Source: a virus
Virus record (IMG/VR): IMGVR_UViG_3300044977_000094
Location: 64,001 to 128,000 of that record
DNA length: 64,000 nt
Direction: 5' to 3' (one strand)
Part shown: positions 51,816 to 62,064 of the stretch, one piece after another
Position numbering within the stretch: position 1 is the stretch's first letter
Layout of the letters: each line of letters begins with the position of its first letter
Position numbers and translations under genes: made by a program
The notes under the pieces: model-generated
Database searches by the model: none
Seen by the model: the letters and a program-made list of their open reading frames with translations, nothing else
Told to the model about the DNA's origin: nothing

Positions 51816-52915
51816 GCCGTCGCCCCCTCGACCATGAAGTCGACGAACGCGGCCAACTGCTGCTCGCTGGCGTCCTGAATGCGGTCACCCTGGGACCAGA
51901 TCCCGAACTGCGACTCGGTCGCTTCCCCGTCCCAGCCGCGCAGGCTGCGGGCCTCGTTGAGCCGCGTCCGCAGGCCATCCGGGTCGTCCGGATCCACGAA
52001 CTCGGCCTCCAGCGGCTCATCGGACGCAGCCTCCTCGTCCTTGAGGCTGGCGATCCGCATCAGCTCCTGAGACAGCGGATCCTTGCCGTCCGCCCGCACG
52101 TGACCCACCTGGCGGGCCTGCGTCCACACATCCCGCACGTCGTCCGACGTCAGGGCGCCCTTGGCCAGCGCGACGTAGTCCGGCTTCGGGGGCTCGATCG
52201 CCAGCGCCTCGACGGCACCACCCGGGTTCAACGCCACAGCGGTCGGCAGCGGCCCGGCCAGCGCCTGCCGCGGCGTGACACCACGCAGCTCGACCACCAC
52301 CACGGGAAACTTCTTCGTCTCCCCATTCGCGACCCGCTGACGCGGCTCGATCCGCAGCGTCACCGGCACGAAGCCCTTGCCGTCGGTCCCGGCGAGGACC
52401 ATGTCGACCATGCCGCCCCACTCGCTGGCGGCGTAGAAGCTGTGCGTCTCCGCACGCCACATGCCCATCCCCGACAGGTCGGGCAGCATCACGTTCAGGC
52501 GCGACGTCGCGGCACAGACGCGGCCCTTCGGCTGCTCGTACCAGGTCTCCCCGAACTTGGCGGCGCACAGGCACGGCTGGCGGGACAGCAGCTCGGTCTC
52601 GCCGTCGCAGCGGCGCTGGCAGCCACCCTTGGACCACATCTCGTTGTACTGGTTCAGCGGATCACCGGGCGTGATCAGCGCCTCGATCGACGCCGCCTTC
52701 GTGATCACCCGCCACTGCTCGATGGAGGAGTTCAGCGGCGACCACTGCTCGACGTTGCCGCCCCACAGCTCGGCGGCCGTGCGCACGTGCTCCTCCGAGT
52801 GGGAGGTGACCACCCATGTCGCCGACCGCACAGGACGGTTGCCCTGCGTGTAGCCGGTGCGAAGGCGACCGTGCTCGGCGGCCTTCCGCTGGATGTTCAG
52901 GAGCCGGGAGCCCAT
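51812..52915 (-). CDS. Gp3-like recombination directionality factor / recombination protein
   Basis: GRLRTG...W...S...E.WS.GGCQRRCDG...C....RLNVMLP...G.WR.ET.S.YA..E...FPV.V, recalled as the phiC31 gp3-like family; adjacent to an exonuclease. Confidence 0.65.
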   Translation of the reverse strand: MGSRLLNIQRKAAEHGRLRTGYTQGNRPVRSATWVVTSHSEEHVRTAAELWGGNVEQWSPLNSSIEQWRVITKAASIEALITPGDPLNQYNEMWSKGGCQRRCDGETELLSRQPCLCAAKFGETWYEQPKGRVCAATSRLNVMLPDLSGMGMWRAETHSFYAASEWGGMVDMVLAGTDGKGFVPVTLRIEPRQRVANGETKKFPVVVVELRGVTPRQALAGPLPTAVALNPGGAVEALAIEPPKPDYVALAKGALTSDDVRDVWTQARQVGHVRADGKDPLSQELMRIASLKDEEAASDEPLEAEFVDPDDPDGLRTRLNEARSLRGWDGEATESQFGIWSQGDRIQDASEQQLAAFVDFMVEGATA

Positions 52916-52916
52916 C

Positions 52917-53744
52917 TCAGGCCACCTTTCGGGTCACGGCCGCAGCCTGCGGCGGCATCAGCGCGGGATAGGACGAGGGAGCGGCGTGGTGCCACTGGGC
53001 GTTCATCAGGGCGCCGCGGAACGCCCGGAACGCGGCCCGGTTGCCGGGCATCTCCACCAAGGCGTGGGACTTCTGGCGCAGGTTCAGGACGGCGGTGCGT
53101 TGGATCTTGGGCATGTCGCCGTCGCTGTCGTCCGGCAGCAGCACGTTCTCGGCGAACCGCAGGGCAGCGAGCTGCTGCGCGTTCTCCGCGTACACGCTCT
53201 TCGCGGACCGGGTCGAACTCGACTTGTAGTCGATCAACCAAAGCTCCATGCGGCCACCCGCGCCGGTCGGCAGCCAGATCATCAGGTCTGCGGTACCGGC
53301 GTAGCCGAGGCGGCGGTGAATCACGGTGATCTCCGTCGCGACGACGTCACGGTCGATGTGGACGCCCCACTCGTTCAGCCAAAGGTCGAACCGGCGCAGG
53401 TAGGGCCGGACCTCGGCGTCGTCAGCGATCGGGGCGCGCAGCAGGCGCGCTTCACAGGCGGCGTGGATGCGGTCGCCCAGATCAGCGGCGCGCTCCCGCA
53501 CCGTCCCGTGGACGGCCTTGATGTCCCTCGTCAGCTCGGTCCGGTCGGTGACGACGCGACGGGAGACCTCGGCGAGGTTGTCGAGCGTCCACTCGACGCA
53601 GAGCTTCACCGCCCACGGGATCAGGGCGTGCTTGTGGACCGACGTGTCCAGGACGTTCGTGACGGACACCAGGTCGGGGCCGCCGGCGGGGTCCGTGTAG
53701 TAGCGGCCGTTGTCGGTGTCGTGCGCGAGCTTGGGATCGGTCAC
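52917..53744 (-). CDS. PD-(D/E)XK (RecB/Cas4-like) exonuclease
   Basis: SVTNVL, G.RIH..CE, GYAGTADL, DYKS, QLAA. Confidence 0.82.
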   Translation of the reverse strand: MTDPKLAHDTDNGRYYTDPAGGPDLVSVTNVLDTSVHKHALIPWAVKLCVEWTLDNLAEVSRRVVTDRTELTRDIKAVHGTVRERAADLGDRIHAACEARLLRAPIADDAEVRPYLRRFDLWLNEWGVHIDRDVVATEITVIHRRLGYAGTADLMIWLPTGAGGRMELWLIDYKSSSTRSAKSVYAENAQQLAALRFAENVLLPDDSDGDMPKIQRTAVLNLRQKSHALVEMPGNRAAFRAFRGALMNAQWHHAAPSSYPALMPPQAAAVTRKVA

Positions 53745-55238
53745 TTCGTGCCTCCGTGGCGCTCGCGCTGCTGCTCGATCCACGCGTCGGCGCGGTCCTT
53801 CGACGGGAAGTGGCGCTGTGACTTGCGCTTGCCGTTGAGGCGGTAGCGGACCTGCCAGCCGGAGCGCGCGGTCTCGGTGACGCGGACGGCCGTGACGCCG
53901 ACCTGCAGCTCCGGGGTCAGGCGGGCGACTTGGGCGAGCAGTTCCGGCACGGCTTCGTGGGCGTCAGCGATCCACAGCGCGATCGGCCCGGCATAGTCCG
54001 GCAGCGTCGCCAGGACCGAACCGGACTCGTGGTGGATGACCCGCCAGTACGCGGGTTCCTCCCCGTCGCCCTCGACGTAGTCGGTGGTCCACTCGCCGCC
54101 GTACCAGTCGCCGAGCTGCACACCCGCGATCTCAGCGAGGCGGTCATCCGACATCGGGTCGCTCATGGTCAGCACCCCCGCCGGTAGTCGCGGTAGTGGC
54201 GGTCGTCGTGCTCGCGGAGCAGCTCCGCGTCGTAGTCGTCCAGGCACAGCACCCGCTCCGACGGCAGGTGCTCGCGGGTCTCAGCGGCGGGGAAGGTGTC
54301 GAAGCACTCCTCGCACATCACGAGGTCGACGGCAGGCGCGGCGGTCACGGCGGGCGGGGCGAGCAGCAGGTCGGCGGTCATCGCGCACCTCGCGCCAGAT
54401 CCGCTGTCGGGACCTTCTCCGCCGCGATCCGATTCCGCAGGTAGTCGTGCAGCGGCGACGACAGAGGCGTGCGCTCCAGCGCCTCGAACGTCTCCCAGTG
54501 ATCGACCGGGTCCAGCGCCGGGCGAACCGTGCCACCCGGGCACAGGCGCGGGCTCACGCGGCACGCACCGGGGACTCGACGCCGGCCTCGATCGCGAGAC
54601 GCGTCAGGCACGCCGACACGTCCGTCACCACACACGGCGTCAAGTCGGTGAAGTCCGCGAGGTGCTCGATGTAGTCCGGCTCCCCATCCGTCCACGGAGC
54701 CTCGCCCCGCATGTGCAGCGACGCGAACTTGATCGCCGCCATCGCCGTGAAGCCGCCCGACTCCGTCGGGTCCATGCCGCACGCGATCCGAATCGCACCA
54801 ACCATGTCCACGGGGCGGAACTGCGGGTCCGAGGCGTGCAGCACGCCGGACGCATCCGGCACGGACGGCGGGGCGACGAACGCGCCCTTCGCCAGGCCGT
54901 TCCGCTCGATCACGTCCGCGGCGATCCGGAAGATGAGCGCGAGGTCGGTAGTTCTTGCTTCGGGTGTCAGAATGGTCACGGTGACCACCCCTTCTTCGGT
55001 TGTGTGTTCGGGTGGTTGCCAGGGCCTTCGGCACTGCGGGTGCGATCCGCAGGGGAACCGGGGGCCCGTTTTGCTGTCAGGCGGCGGTCTGGTGCTCGGC
55101 CGGCTGGACGGTGATTTCGAAGACCCGCTGCAGGAAGGCGATCTGTTCGGGCGATGGCGGCGGCGACTCGGCCGCTATTCGGTGCGCCTCGGCGATCTCA
55201 TCCGGATGGAGGATCTTGTGGCGCTCCTCGCGGGTCAT
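53741..55238 (-). CDS. Small early genes (53741-54166, 54169-54381, 54554-54988 DUF6197-like, 55077-55238)
   Basis: Coupled ORFs downstream of the Cro-like gene. Confidence 0.55.
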
Positions 55239-55537
55239 GCGCCGACCGCCTGAAGGAGTGCCTCGTAGGCGTCCGATCCGTGCGGTGGCTGGAAAAGAAC
55301 CAGGACGCCGACTCCGAGACGGCGGGTGATGCCGTGGGCTACATCCATGGGGACGCTTTCCTGGGTGCCGTCCAAGAGGAATCCGATGGTGCTGTGGGCG
55401 GCGCAACCTGCTGCCTCGGCGAGAGCTCGGTGGCTTACCTTCTTGCCGTCGCCGGTCCGTTCCATGAGCTTCGCCATCAGCTCTCGGTCTACGAGCTGGT
55501 ACATCGGCGGCGGCAGCGTGGGCGTCTTGCTACGCAT
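55235..55537 (-). CDS. Cro-like XRE regulator
   Basis: SHRALAEAAGCAAHSTIGFLLDG, GGAGG SD, first gene of the leftward operon. Confidence 0.8.
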   Translation of the reverse strand: MRSKTPTLPPPMYQLVDRELMAKLMERTGDGKKVSHRALAEAAGCAAHSTIGFLLDGTQESVPMDVAHGITRRLGVGVLVLFQPPHGSDAYEALLQAVGA

Positions 55538-55594
55538 GTTCACCTCCTTGATCGGAGTGTCTATCTGCCTGAACAAGACGAGCATTGCATGGCC

Positions 55595-55706
55595 TAGACG
55601 CTTTGTCTAGCAGGATGAACAAGATGTTCAGGGGATGGCCCTGGATTGCGCCAAATATGTCGCGCGCCCTACCCTGCGCCGTCTAAGTAGATGGACACTG
55701 TGTCCA
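55595..55706. promoter_or_regulatory. Three 15-bp palindromic operators of the immunity switch
   Basis: TAGAC-N5-GTCTA (55595), TGAAC-N5-GTTCA (55616), TGGAC-N5-GTCCA (55692). Confidence 0.7.
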
Positions 55707-55814
55707 TGTGCGCGAACATGTCATGTCCTTGAGCAGCGGCCAGACCGGTGGCATGCGCGTGACCCCTGGACACCAGTGTTTGCAATGAGAACCCGGAGCG
55801 GCAGGATGGGCCCC

Positions 55815-56240
55815 ATGGCAGAGCAGAACCCACGCACACAGCTGGCGGACCTGGTACGTGACAGGCGCGCCAAGCTGCACCTCAGTCTGCGCAAGCTTGA
55901 GGCTCGCTGCATCGACCCGGACACAGGCGAGCTAGAGATCAAGTTCGGCTGGCTGCATCGCCTGGAGAACGACGAACCGACTACGCCGCCGCAACTGCCG
56001 CAGCTGCGCGCGCTCGCCGCTGCCCTCGACCTACCCGTGGAGGTCGTCCAGGAAGCGGCCGGCGCCCAATACATGGGCATCAAGCCAGCCGTAGATGCGA
56101 TCTACTCCAGCAGCCGAGAGGGACGCATCACCGCAGCGCGAATGGACAAGCTGACTCCCAGTGAGCGCCAGGAGCTGGCGGAGATGGTCGAACTGTGGAC
56201 CCGTCGGAAGATCCAGAACGCCGACGAAAGCCACGAGTAA
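55815..56240 (+). CDS. CI-like XRE immunity repressor
   Basis: LADLVRDRR..L.LSLRKL......WLHRLE....P....LRALAAAL; divergent from Cro. Confidence 0.82.
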   Translation: MAEQNPRTQLADLVRDRRAKLHLSLRKLEARCIDPDTGELEIKFGWLHRLENDEPTTPPQLPQLRALAAALDLPVEVVQEAAGAQYMGIKPAVDAIYSSSREGRITAARMDKLTPSERQELAEMVELWTRRKIQNADESHE

Positions 56241-56392
56241 GTACGACTTTAGGTACTGGGCTCGACACACTCTGATCACATTGGCATCATGTGTGGTCCG
56301 CCTGGGGGGCGTGCAAGACCATCTGTGAACCGGCCTATTCGCGCAGCTGCGCGCGAATCGGCTCTGGTTCCGCGCGCAGTAGGGGGCGCTCC

Positions 56393-56614
56393 ATGCCTAT
56401 CGCACGTGCCGAACTGGTCGACTACCCACTCCCGGGAGGACGGGCCGTCATCGCCCTGGAAGACGACGGAGAGATCCTGTTCAGGTTCTCGACGGGACAC
56501 ATCTCCGAACAGGGCCTGCGCGAGCTCACCGATCTCATGCAGCAGGAGATCGACTCAGGAACCTGGACCCAGCACTGGAATGACCCCGGAAAGCCCGAAA
56601 GCCCCCTCAACTAG
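56393..56614 (+). CDS. Small hypothetical protein downstream of the repressor
   Basis: GGGGG SD, 73 aa, converges on int. Confidence 0.55.
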   Translation: MPIARAELVDYPLPGGRAVIALEDDGEILFRFSTGHISEQGLRELTDLMQQEIDSGTWTQHWNDPGKPESPLN

Positions 56615-58076
56615 GCAGATCGGACGTCGAGTCTTCGGCATCGGGTGTCGCCTGCGGCCCAAACCACAGGTCCACCCGGCCGGGCTCGATCCGCCGCACC
56701 CCCTTCCTGCCCCGATTCACCGTAATGCTCGCGCAAGCACGAAGAACCGCCCGACGTCTCTCTAGCGGCAACGCATTCCACCGTGCGTCAGCATCCGGAG
56801 CCCCGAGAAGATCCCGGAGCGCCGGCGGCACGGTCGCCCGGTGCAGTCGGGACTGCAGCTTCTCGATGCGCGGCTGAAGGCCAGCCTCAAGCGCGGCCAG
56901 CGACAGCACCGACAGCTTGCGCGATGCCGCCAACTGGCGCGCCTCCTGCAACTCGGTGTTCAGCTCGTCGATCTCGGCGAGGATCGCTGCCGTCGTGCCG
57001 CCCCGGTCGACCGGCTTGAACGCCTCCGCCGACTGCGGAGTAGACAGCCACTCAACCAGCGACTCCTCGACGTACGCCTCCAGTCGCGTCTTCAGCATGA
57101 CGACATGGGCGCTGGGGCGGCATGTGTAGCTGGGAAGTGTGCGGTTCTTCAGGATGTACAGGTCACGCTGCTTGCAGACGCCGCAGATCGCGATCCCGGA
57201 CAGCAGATGCGTCAGTGGACGCCCCGCGCCGTCGTTGCGGCCGGGCAGCGAGAGGAGACTCTGTACGGCCCAGAACGTCTCCGGGTCAATGAGCGCAGGC
57301 CAGAGCGCATCCCGGATCACGGTTCCCTGGTGCTTGCGCTTCCCCAGGTTCGTCTGATTCCTCATGATCTTCAGCAGCGCGTCACCGTTCCACTCGTAGC
57401 CCGCGCGGGTCCTGTGGCCCTGACTGTTCAGCCACGCGGCAATGGGCGGCGCCGACTCGCCGGCGGCGTAACGCCGGTATGCCTCGGCGAGATCGCGCGA
57501 CTCGGTCGGATGCAAGACCTGGGCGATCAGTTCGCCCGACGCGGGGTCGTACTCGCGGGCGTAGCCAAAGGGGATCCGGCCGTGGGGGCGTCCCTTCGCG
57601 GCATTGAGGCGCACCGTTCGTAGGTTCCGGTCCCGGATGGCCTCGGCCTCGTCCTCGGCCTGGAGTGCGTCCTGGGCGGTGTCGCGCCGGTCGCGACGGT
57701 TGGTCATGTCGTAGGTGTGGCCGCCATAGTGCCACAGGACGCCAGTCTCCTCGCAGAGCTGGCGCAGGAGGACGTAGCCGTCCATGCTGCGGTTGGCGCG
57801 TGACGACTCCCAGGTCACCAGGACGTCGCATTCGCCCGCGCGGATGCGGGCGGCCATGGATTCGAACTCGTCGCGGGTTCGCTTGGCGTGGCGAGAGGCT
57901 GAGCGGTCGGTGTCGGTGAACTCGCCGACCACCTGCCACCCTTGCTCGTCGCACTCGGCGTGGTTTTCTGCCGACTGGTCGTCAGTGGAACGGCCGCGGC
58001 GCTTAGGGTCGCGGGAGGCACGGTTGTAGATGAAGGCGCGCAGGGGGGCCGGCTGGCCCTGAGTGTCTCTGGGCAT
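56607..58076 (-). CDS. int: Large serine recombinase (integrase)
   Basis: YNRAS catalytic Ser, D.DRSAS...R, WESSR..R, recombinase domain PFGY, Zn ribbon LLSGIAICGVC...YTC. Confidence 0.93.
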   Translation of the reverse strand: MPRDTQGQPAPLRAFIYNRASRDPKRRGRSTDDQSAENHAECDEQGWQVVGEFTDTDRSASRHAKRTRDEFESMAARIRAGECDVLVTWESSRANRSMDGYVLLRQLCEETGVLWHYGGHTYDMTNRRDRRDTAQDALQAEDEAEAIRDRNLRTVRLNAAKGRPHGRIPFGYAREYDPASGELIAQVLHPTESRDLAEAYRRYAAGESAPPIAAWLNSQGHRTRAGYEWNGDALLKIMRNQTNLGKRKHQGTVIRDALWPALIDPETFWAVQSLLSLPGRNDGAGRPLTHLLSGIAICGVCKQRDLYILKNRTLPSYTCRPSAHVVMLKTRLEAYVEESLVEWLSTPQSAEAFKPVDRGGTTAAILAEIDELNTELQEARQLAASRKLSVLSLAALEAGLQPRIEKLQSRLHRATVPPALRDLLGAPDADARWNALPLERRRAVLRACASITVNRGRKGVRRIEPGRVDLWFGPQATPDAEDSTSDLPS

Positions 58077-58567
58077 GGCAGCAGGCTAGTCCTCAGGAGT
58101 ATGTCTACGCCGCCTTTTCGGGTGAGAGAGTCCAGCAGGCATGTGGGTATGAATATGCGGCGCGTTCGCTACGCCCTGGTTTTGCCGGAAATAGCACCAG
58201 GCCCCCGCCCGTCGGCGGGAGCCTGGCTCGTGCGTCCCGCTGATCCGCCTGGGGGGCAGGGTCGAGCGGGACGCCGTCAGTGGGGCGCGCTGTCGCGCGT
58301 CAGGGGCGGCATGTCAGCGTGCAAAAGTTGACCATTGGACCACTTGGGCATGCGACTCCGCCGGAGAAGGTCGTGCGGATACGTGCGACATCACCGGATG
58401 CTGAGTGGGAGCGCTCTCGCGGTGAGTCAGTGACGGCCGTTAACGCCGGATAACGGGAACATGCGTGCGAACCTATCGGTGTCGGACGCATCTATCAACC
58501 CCGACCGCCCGGGAAGCTTAACGAATCCGTTAGGGACTATCACCGCTCCCACCTCCAGTTTTGCTGT

Positions 58568-58870
58568 GTGGCTAAAGATCCAATCCAGCCGGTAGACACC
58601 GACCCCGTACCGGAGCGAGTGGCGATCGGCCGCAACATCCGCAGCATCCGAGACTGGCGCAAGCTGAGCCAGGAATCGCTTGCGGAAGCCACCGGCGTGC
58701 ACGCCGTCCAAATCAGCCGCGTCGAGAACGGCGCTGCCGACACCGGCATCGACACGTACATCCTGCTGGCCCGCGGCCTCAAGGTCCCGTCGCACTGGTT
58801 GTTGACCATCGACTGGCCGCAGCTCATAGGAGACGACGAGGACTCCCCTCCCCGCCCTCCGCGCCCCTAA
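58568..58870 (+). CDS. XRE-family HTH protein
   Basis: IGRNIRSIRDWRKLSQESLAEATGV....ISRVENG. Confidence 0.85.
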   Translation: MAKDPIQPVDTDPVPERVAIGRNIRSIRDWRKLSQESLAEATGVHAVQISRVENGAADTGIDTYILLARGLKVPSHWLLTIDWPQLIGDDEDSPPRPPRP

Positions 58871-58926
58871 CCACTGCTCGCCGACATCCTGTCGCACAGG
58901 CGCACTCGCCCGGCGCGCGACTGGCT

Positions 58927-60117
58927 TCACGCGCCCCCTCGCGGATGCTCGGCGTGGTGGGTCGTGCCGGTCGTCTCGCCGTACCGGTCCGGATACGACA
59001 GGGTCACCGTCGCCTGGTACTGCGACGAATCCTCGACCGGGCCCGGGGTGCGCGCCCACGCGATGTTGTGCAGCTCGGCGCGAGGCGACTGACGCACCAG
59101 GGCCACGACCGCCTCCAATGCCTCCAGTTGGCTGCTGCCGGTGCACACGACCGCGGTCTGCAGGGTGGCCGCTATGTCGTGGACGGCGCCGAGCTGCTCC
59201 ACGACCCGCCATGCCTGCTGCAGGTCCCCGACCGCGTCGCCCATCTGCCCGGGGACGGCGGCCGGCGCCGCTGGTGGGGTGATGCGCACGACGGCGCCGG
59301 GGTCGCTCACCACAGCTCCCGCAGCGCGGGGTACTGCCGGAGGAGGGCCTGTACGGTCTGGTAGCCCTCCGGGGTGATGCGCGCAGTCAGGCCCGCGGTG
59401 CGCAGCGCGAGGAACTCGGCCCACGCGTCGGTGGGCACGCCGGATGGTCGGGTGAGGGTGGGGGTCATGCTGGCGTCTCCGTGGTGAGGGTGGTCCGGTT
59501 CAGGGCGTGCTGGTGCTGGAGGGCGGCGGCCAGCCACGGTGGTCCGCTGAGGCGCGGGGTGGACGGCAGGTGCAGCCACTGGAAGCGGTTGCTGGGCCCG
59601 CGGTCCGTGGGGGTGCTGAGCCAGCCGCCGCGCCCTATGAGGCGGCAGCCGGGCGGGTAGGTGGCGCTGTGGCCGGGGCTGACGAGGAAGTGCACTTGGC
59701 CAGCCTTCGTGTCGTGCAGGACCGGTCCGAGGCGCCTGCGCTCGTACTGGTTCTCGTGCAGCAGGTACGTGAGCGCGGGCAGCGCGAGGTCGGCTGGGGT
59801 GCGGACCGCATCCCACAGGACGCCCGCGGGCCACATGACGACGGGGTGGTCCAGGCAGCGGGTGAAGCCCTCCGGGGTCAGCCACGCCGTGGCACTCACC
59901 GGGCTTGTGGTCATGACGCCAGCCTCAGGCAGTCAGGGTGCGCGGCGACAGCCCAGCCGAGGGGCTGGCCCGGCCGTACCTCGACCTCGACGTATCCCGC
60001 TCGCACCAGGACGCCCCCACTCGCCGCGCAGGCCACGCACGCCTTGCCGTGCAGCTGCGCGTAAGAGTAGTGACGTCCTGCGCCCGGGGCGCACGCCTGC
60101 GCCTGATGCTCCGACAT
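58927..60117 (-). CDS. Four coupled small genes (59911-60117, 59465-59914, 59307-59468, 58927-59310)
   Basis: ATGA/GTGA overlaps, divergent from the XRE-TPR regulator. 59465-59914 has the AG..WDAVR..GPVL motif seen in Streptomyces accessory proteins. Confidence 0.6.
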
Positions 60118-60257
60118 GTCCGCTCGCACCTCTCGCGATCCACCAGACGAAAACCGCTGGTACGAGTAGCGTCGACAATGCGGACACCCAACCACAGGGT
60201 CTGACTGTCCGCACCCGTCCGCACCCTCGCGGACAGCGCGGACACCCAGGGGAACAC

Positions 60258-61433
60258 GTGAACGACGAGACCTTCGGCCAGCTCCTCAAGCGCTTACGCG
60301 GAGACCTCTCCCTACGCGACCTCGCGCGCCTCGCGAACTGCGGAAAGTCCGCCATCGGCGACCTCGAATCCGGACGCCGCCGCCCCACCCTGCACATGGC
60401 CCAAACCCTGGACCGCGCCCTGGACACCGGCGGCGCCCTCGCCCACCACGTACAAAGCCCGCCCGGAACCCCCGCCATCCAGGTTGCCGCAGCCCTGCAG
60501 CGCGACCTCGCGGACAGTCTCGCCGCCGGACCCATGACCGATGCCGGACTCGAAGAGTGGGACTACCAAGTCTCCCGCCACGGCCGCGCCACCCGCTACC
60601 GCACCGAAGCCGACCTGCTGCCCGAGCTCGTCGCCGACATGACCGACCTCCAGCGGCTCCTCGCCCACCGGCACCCCCTGAACGTGCGCCGCCGCTTGCT
60701 GGCCACGGCCGCAGGCCTGTCCGGGCTCCTCGCGCTGACCCTGCTGAAGCTCGACGACGCGTCCGCCCGGGACTGGTGGCGCACCGGCCGCGCCGCCGCG
60801 ACCGCAGCCGAGAACCGGCCCGTCCTCGCCTGGATCTACGCCCAGGAGTCCTATCAGCGCTACTACGACAACGACCTCGCCGGCGCCGTGGAACTCGCCG
60901 TCCGCGCCCAGCAGCTGGCCGGCGGGCTGCCGTGCGTTGCGGATGCTCTCGCCGCGCCGCTGGAAGCCCGCGCGCACGCCGCCGCAGGCCGCTGGGACGA
61001 GACGGTGGCGGCGCTGGCCCGTGCGCAGGTCGCGTTCGACCGGCTGCCCGAGGAAGACCGGCAGCCCTCCGCGCTCGGCTACGACGAAGCACAGCTGCGG
61101 TTCCACTCCGGGTCGGCATGGACGCTCCTCCACGACACCGGGCGCGCCTGGGAGGAGCAACAGCAGGCCCTGGCCCTGTATTCGGACGAGCAGCGCACGG
61201 ACCGGTCGCTGGTGATACTGGACCGCGCCTCATGCCTCGCCTGGGACGGTGACCCGGCGACGGCCGCGTCGATGGCGGCACAGACACTGCTGGAACTCCC
61301 CTTGGAGCATCGCTCGCCGCTGATCGTCTACCGTGCCCGTGATCTTGCCGCTACAGTCCCCGAGACAGCCAGGTCACTGCCGGAGATGCGGGTCCTGCGG
61401 GAGATCCTCGCCCTGCCCTCCGGAGCCGTCTGA
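60258..61433 (+). CDS. XRE HTH + TPR-like regulator
   Basis: FGQLLKRLR..LSLRDLA......IGDLESGRRRP followed by helical repeats; TTA codon at 60294. Confidence 0.85.
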   Translation: MNDETFGQLLKRLRGDLSLRDLARLANCGKSAIGDLESGRRRPTLHMAQTLDRALDTGGALAHHVQSPPGTPAIQVAAALQRDLADSLAAGPMTDAGLEEWDYQVSRHGRATRYRTEADLLPELVADMTDLQRLLAHRHPLNVRRRLLATAAGLSGLLALTLLKLDDASARDWWRTGRAAATAAENRPVLAWIYAQESYQRYYDNDLAGAVELAVRAQQLAGGLPCVADALAAPLEARAHAAAGRWDETVAALARAQVAFDRLPEEDRQPSALGYDEAQLRFHSGSAWTLLHDTGRAWEEQQQALALYSDEQRTDRSLVILDRASCLAWDGDPATAASMAAQTLLELPLEHRSPLIVYRARDLAATVPETARSLPEMRVLREILALPSGAV

Positions 61434-61446
61434 AAGGGGCACCGCC

Positions 61447-61896
61447 GTGGGCATCACGATTCGTCAGGCCGTCGAGCAGGACGTCGAGGCCATCTCCCGT
61501 CTCCTCGGTGAGGTGGAGGCGTACTACGGCGGCGACAATGAGCCCGCGGATGAGACGCAGGTCCGCGTGGCCCTGTTCGACGAGCCTGTGTCCGCGACGG
61601 TGCTCCTGGCTGTCGACGGGGCGACGGTGGTGGGGTTGGCGTCGTTCTCCCGCTTGTGGCCCGCTGCGGGCGCGGATACGTCCATGTACCTGAAGGAGCT
61701 GTTCGTCGCCGAGACCGCCCGCCGTCGGGGTGTTGGCGCGCAGCTCCTGGACGCGGTGAAGGAAGCCGCCGAGATGGCTGGGTGCAGTCGTCTGGAGTGG
61801 ACCGGCGACACGGACAATCCGGCCGCGCTCGGCTTCTACAAGAAGCTGGGTGTGCCGGTCAACGACGGTAAGGTCTTTTACCGGCTCTCGCTGTAG
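61447..61896 (+). CDS. GNAT acetyltransferase
   Basis: YLKELFV...RRRGVG..LL.....N..ALGFYKKLG. Confidence 0.9.
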   Translation: MGITIRQAVEQDVEAISRLLGEVEAYYGGDNEPADETQVRVALFDEPVSATVLLAVDGATVVGLASFSRLWPAAGADTSMYLKELFVAETARRRGVGAQLLDAVKEAAEMAGCSRLEWTGDTDNPAALGFYKKLGVPVNDGKVFYRLSL

Positions 61897-61995
61897 CCAA
61901 CCGGCTGCGAGTACGACGAAGCCCGGCCCCGATGCGAGCGGGGCCGGCACGGGTGCCTGTTGGTCAGCTCACCGCTTCCAGCGGCCGCCCCCACC

Positions 61996-62025
61996 TGGGT
62001 TTTCACGGATGTCCGTGAAAACCCA
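61996..62025. repeat. Perfect 14-bp-arm inverted repeat
   Basis: TGGGTTTTCACGGA-TG-TCCGTGAAAACCCA between convergent genes. Confidence 0.7.
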
Positions 62026-62064
62026 CGCCCGCGCCTCCCGAAGGAGACGCGGGCGCCTGCCGGC

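Larger units (their letters stand above)
1..58076. mobile_element. Temperate actinophage/prophage (early and start of late region) with embedded tra and second replication modules
   Basis: Integrase, CI/Cro, RDF, initiators, RusA, WhiB, HU and many coupled small genes. Confidence 0.85.

Noticed and set aside
52917-53744. Cas4 / CRISPR system
   Set aside because: No repeat-spacer array or other cas genes seen; the context is phage recombination
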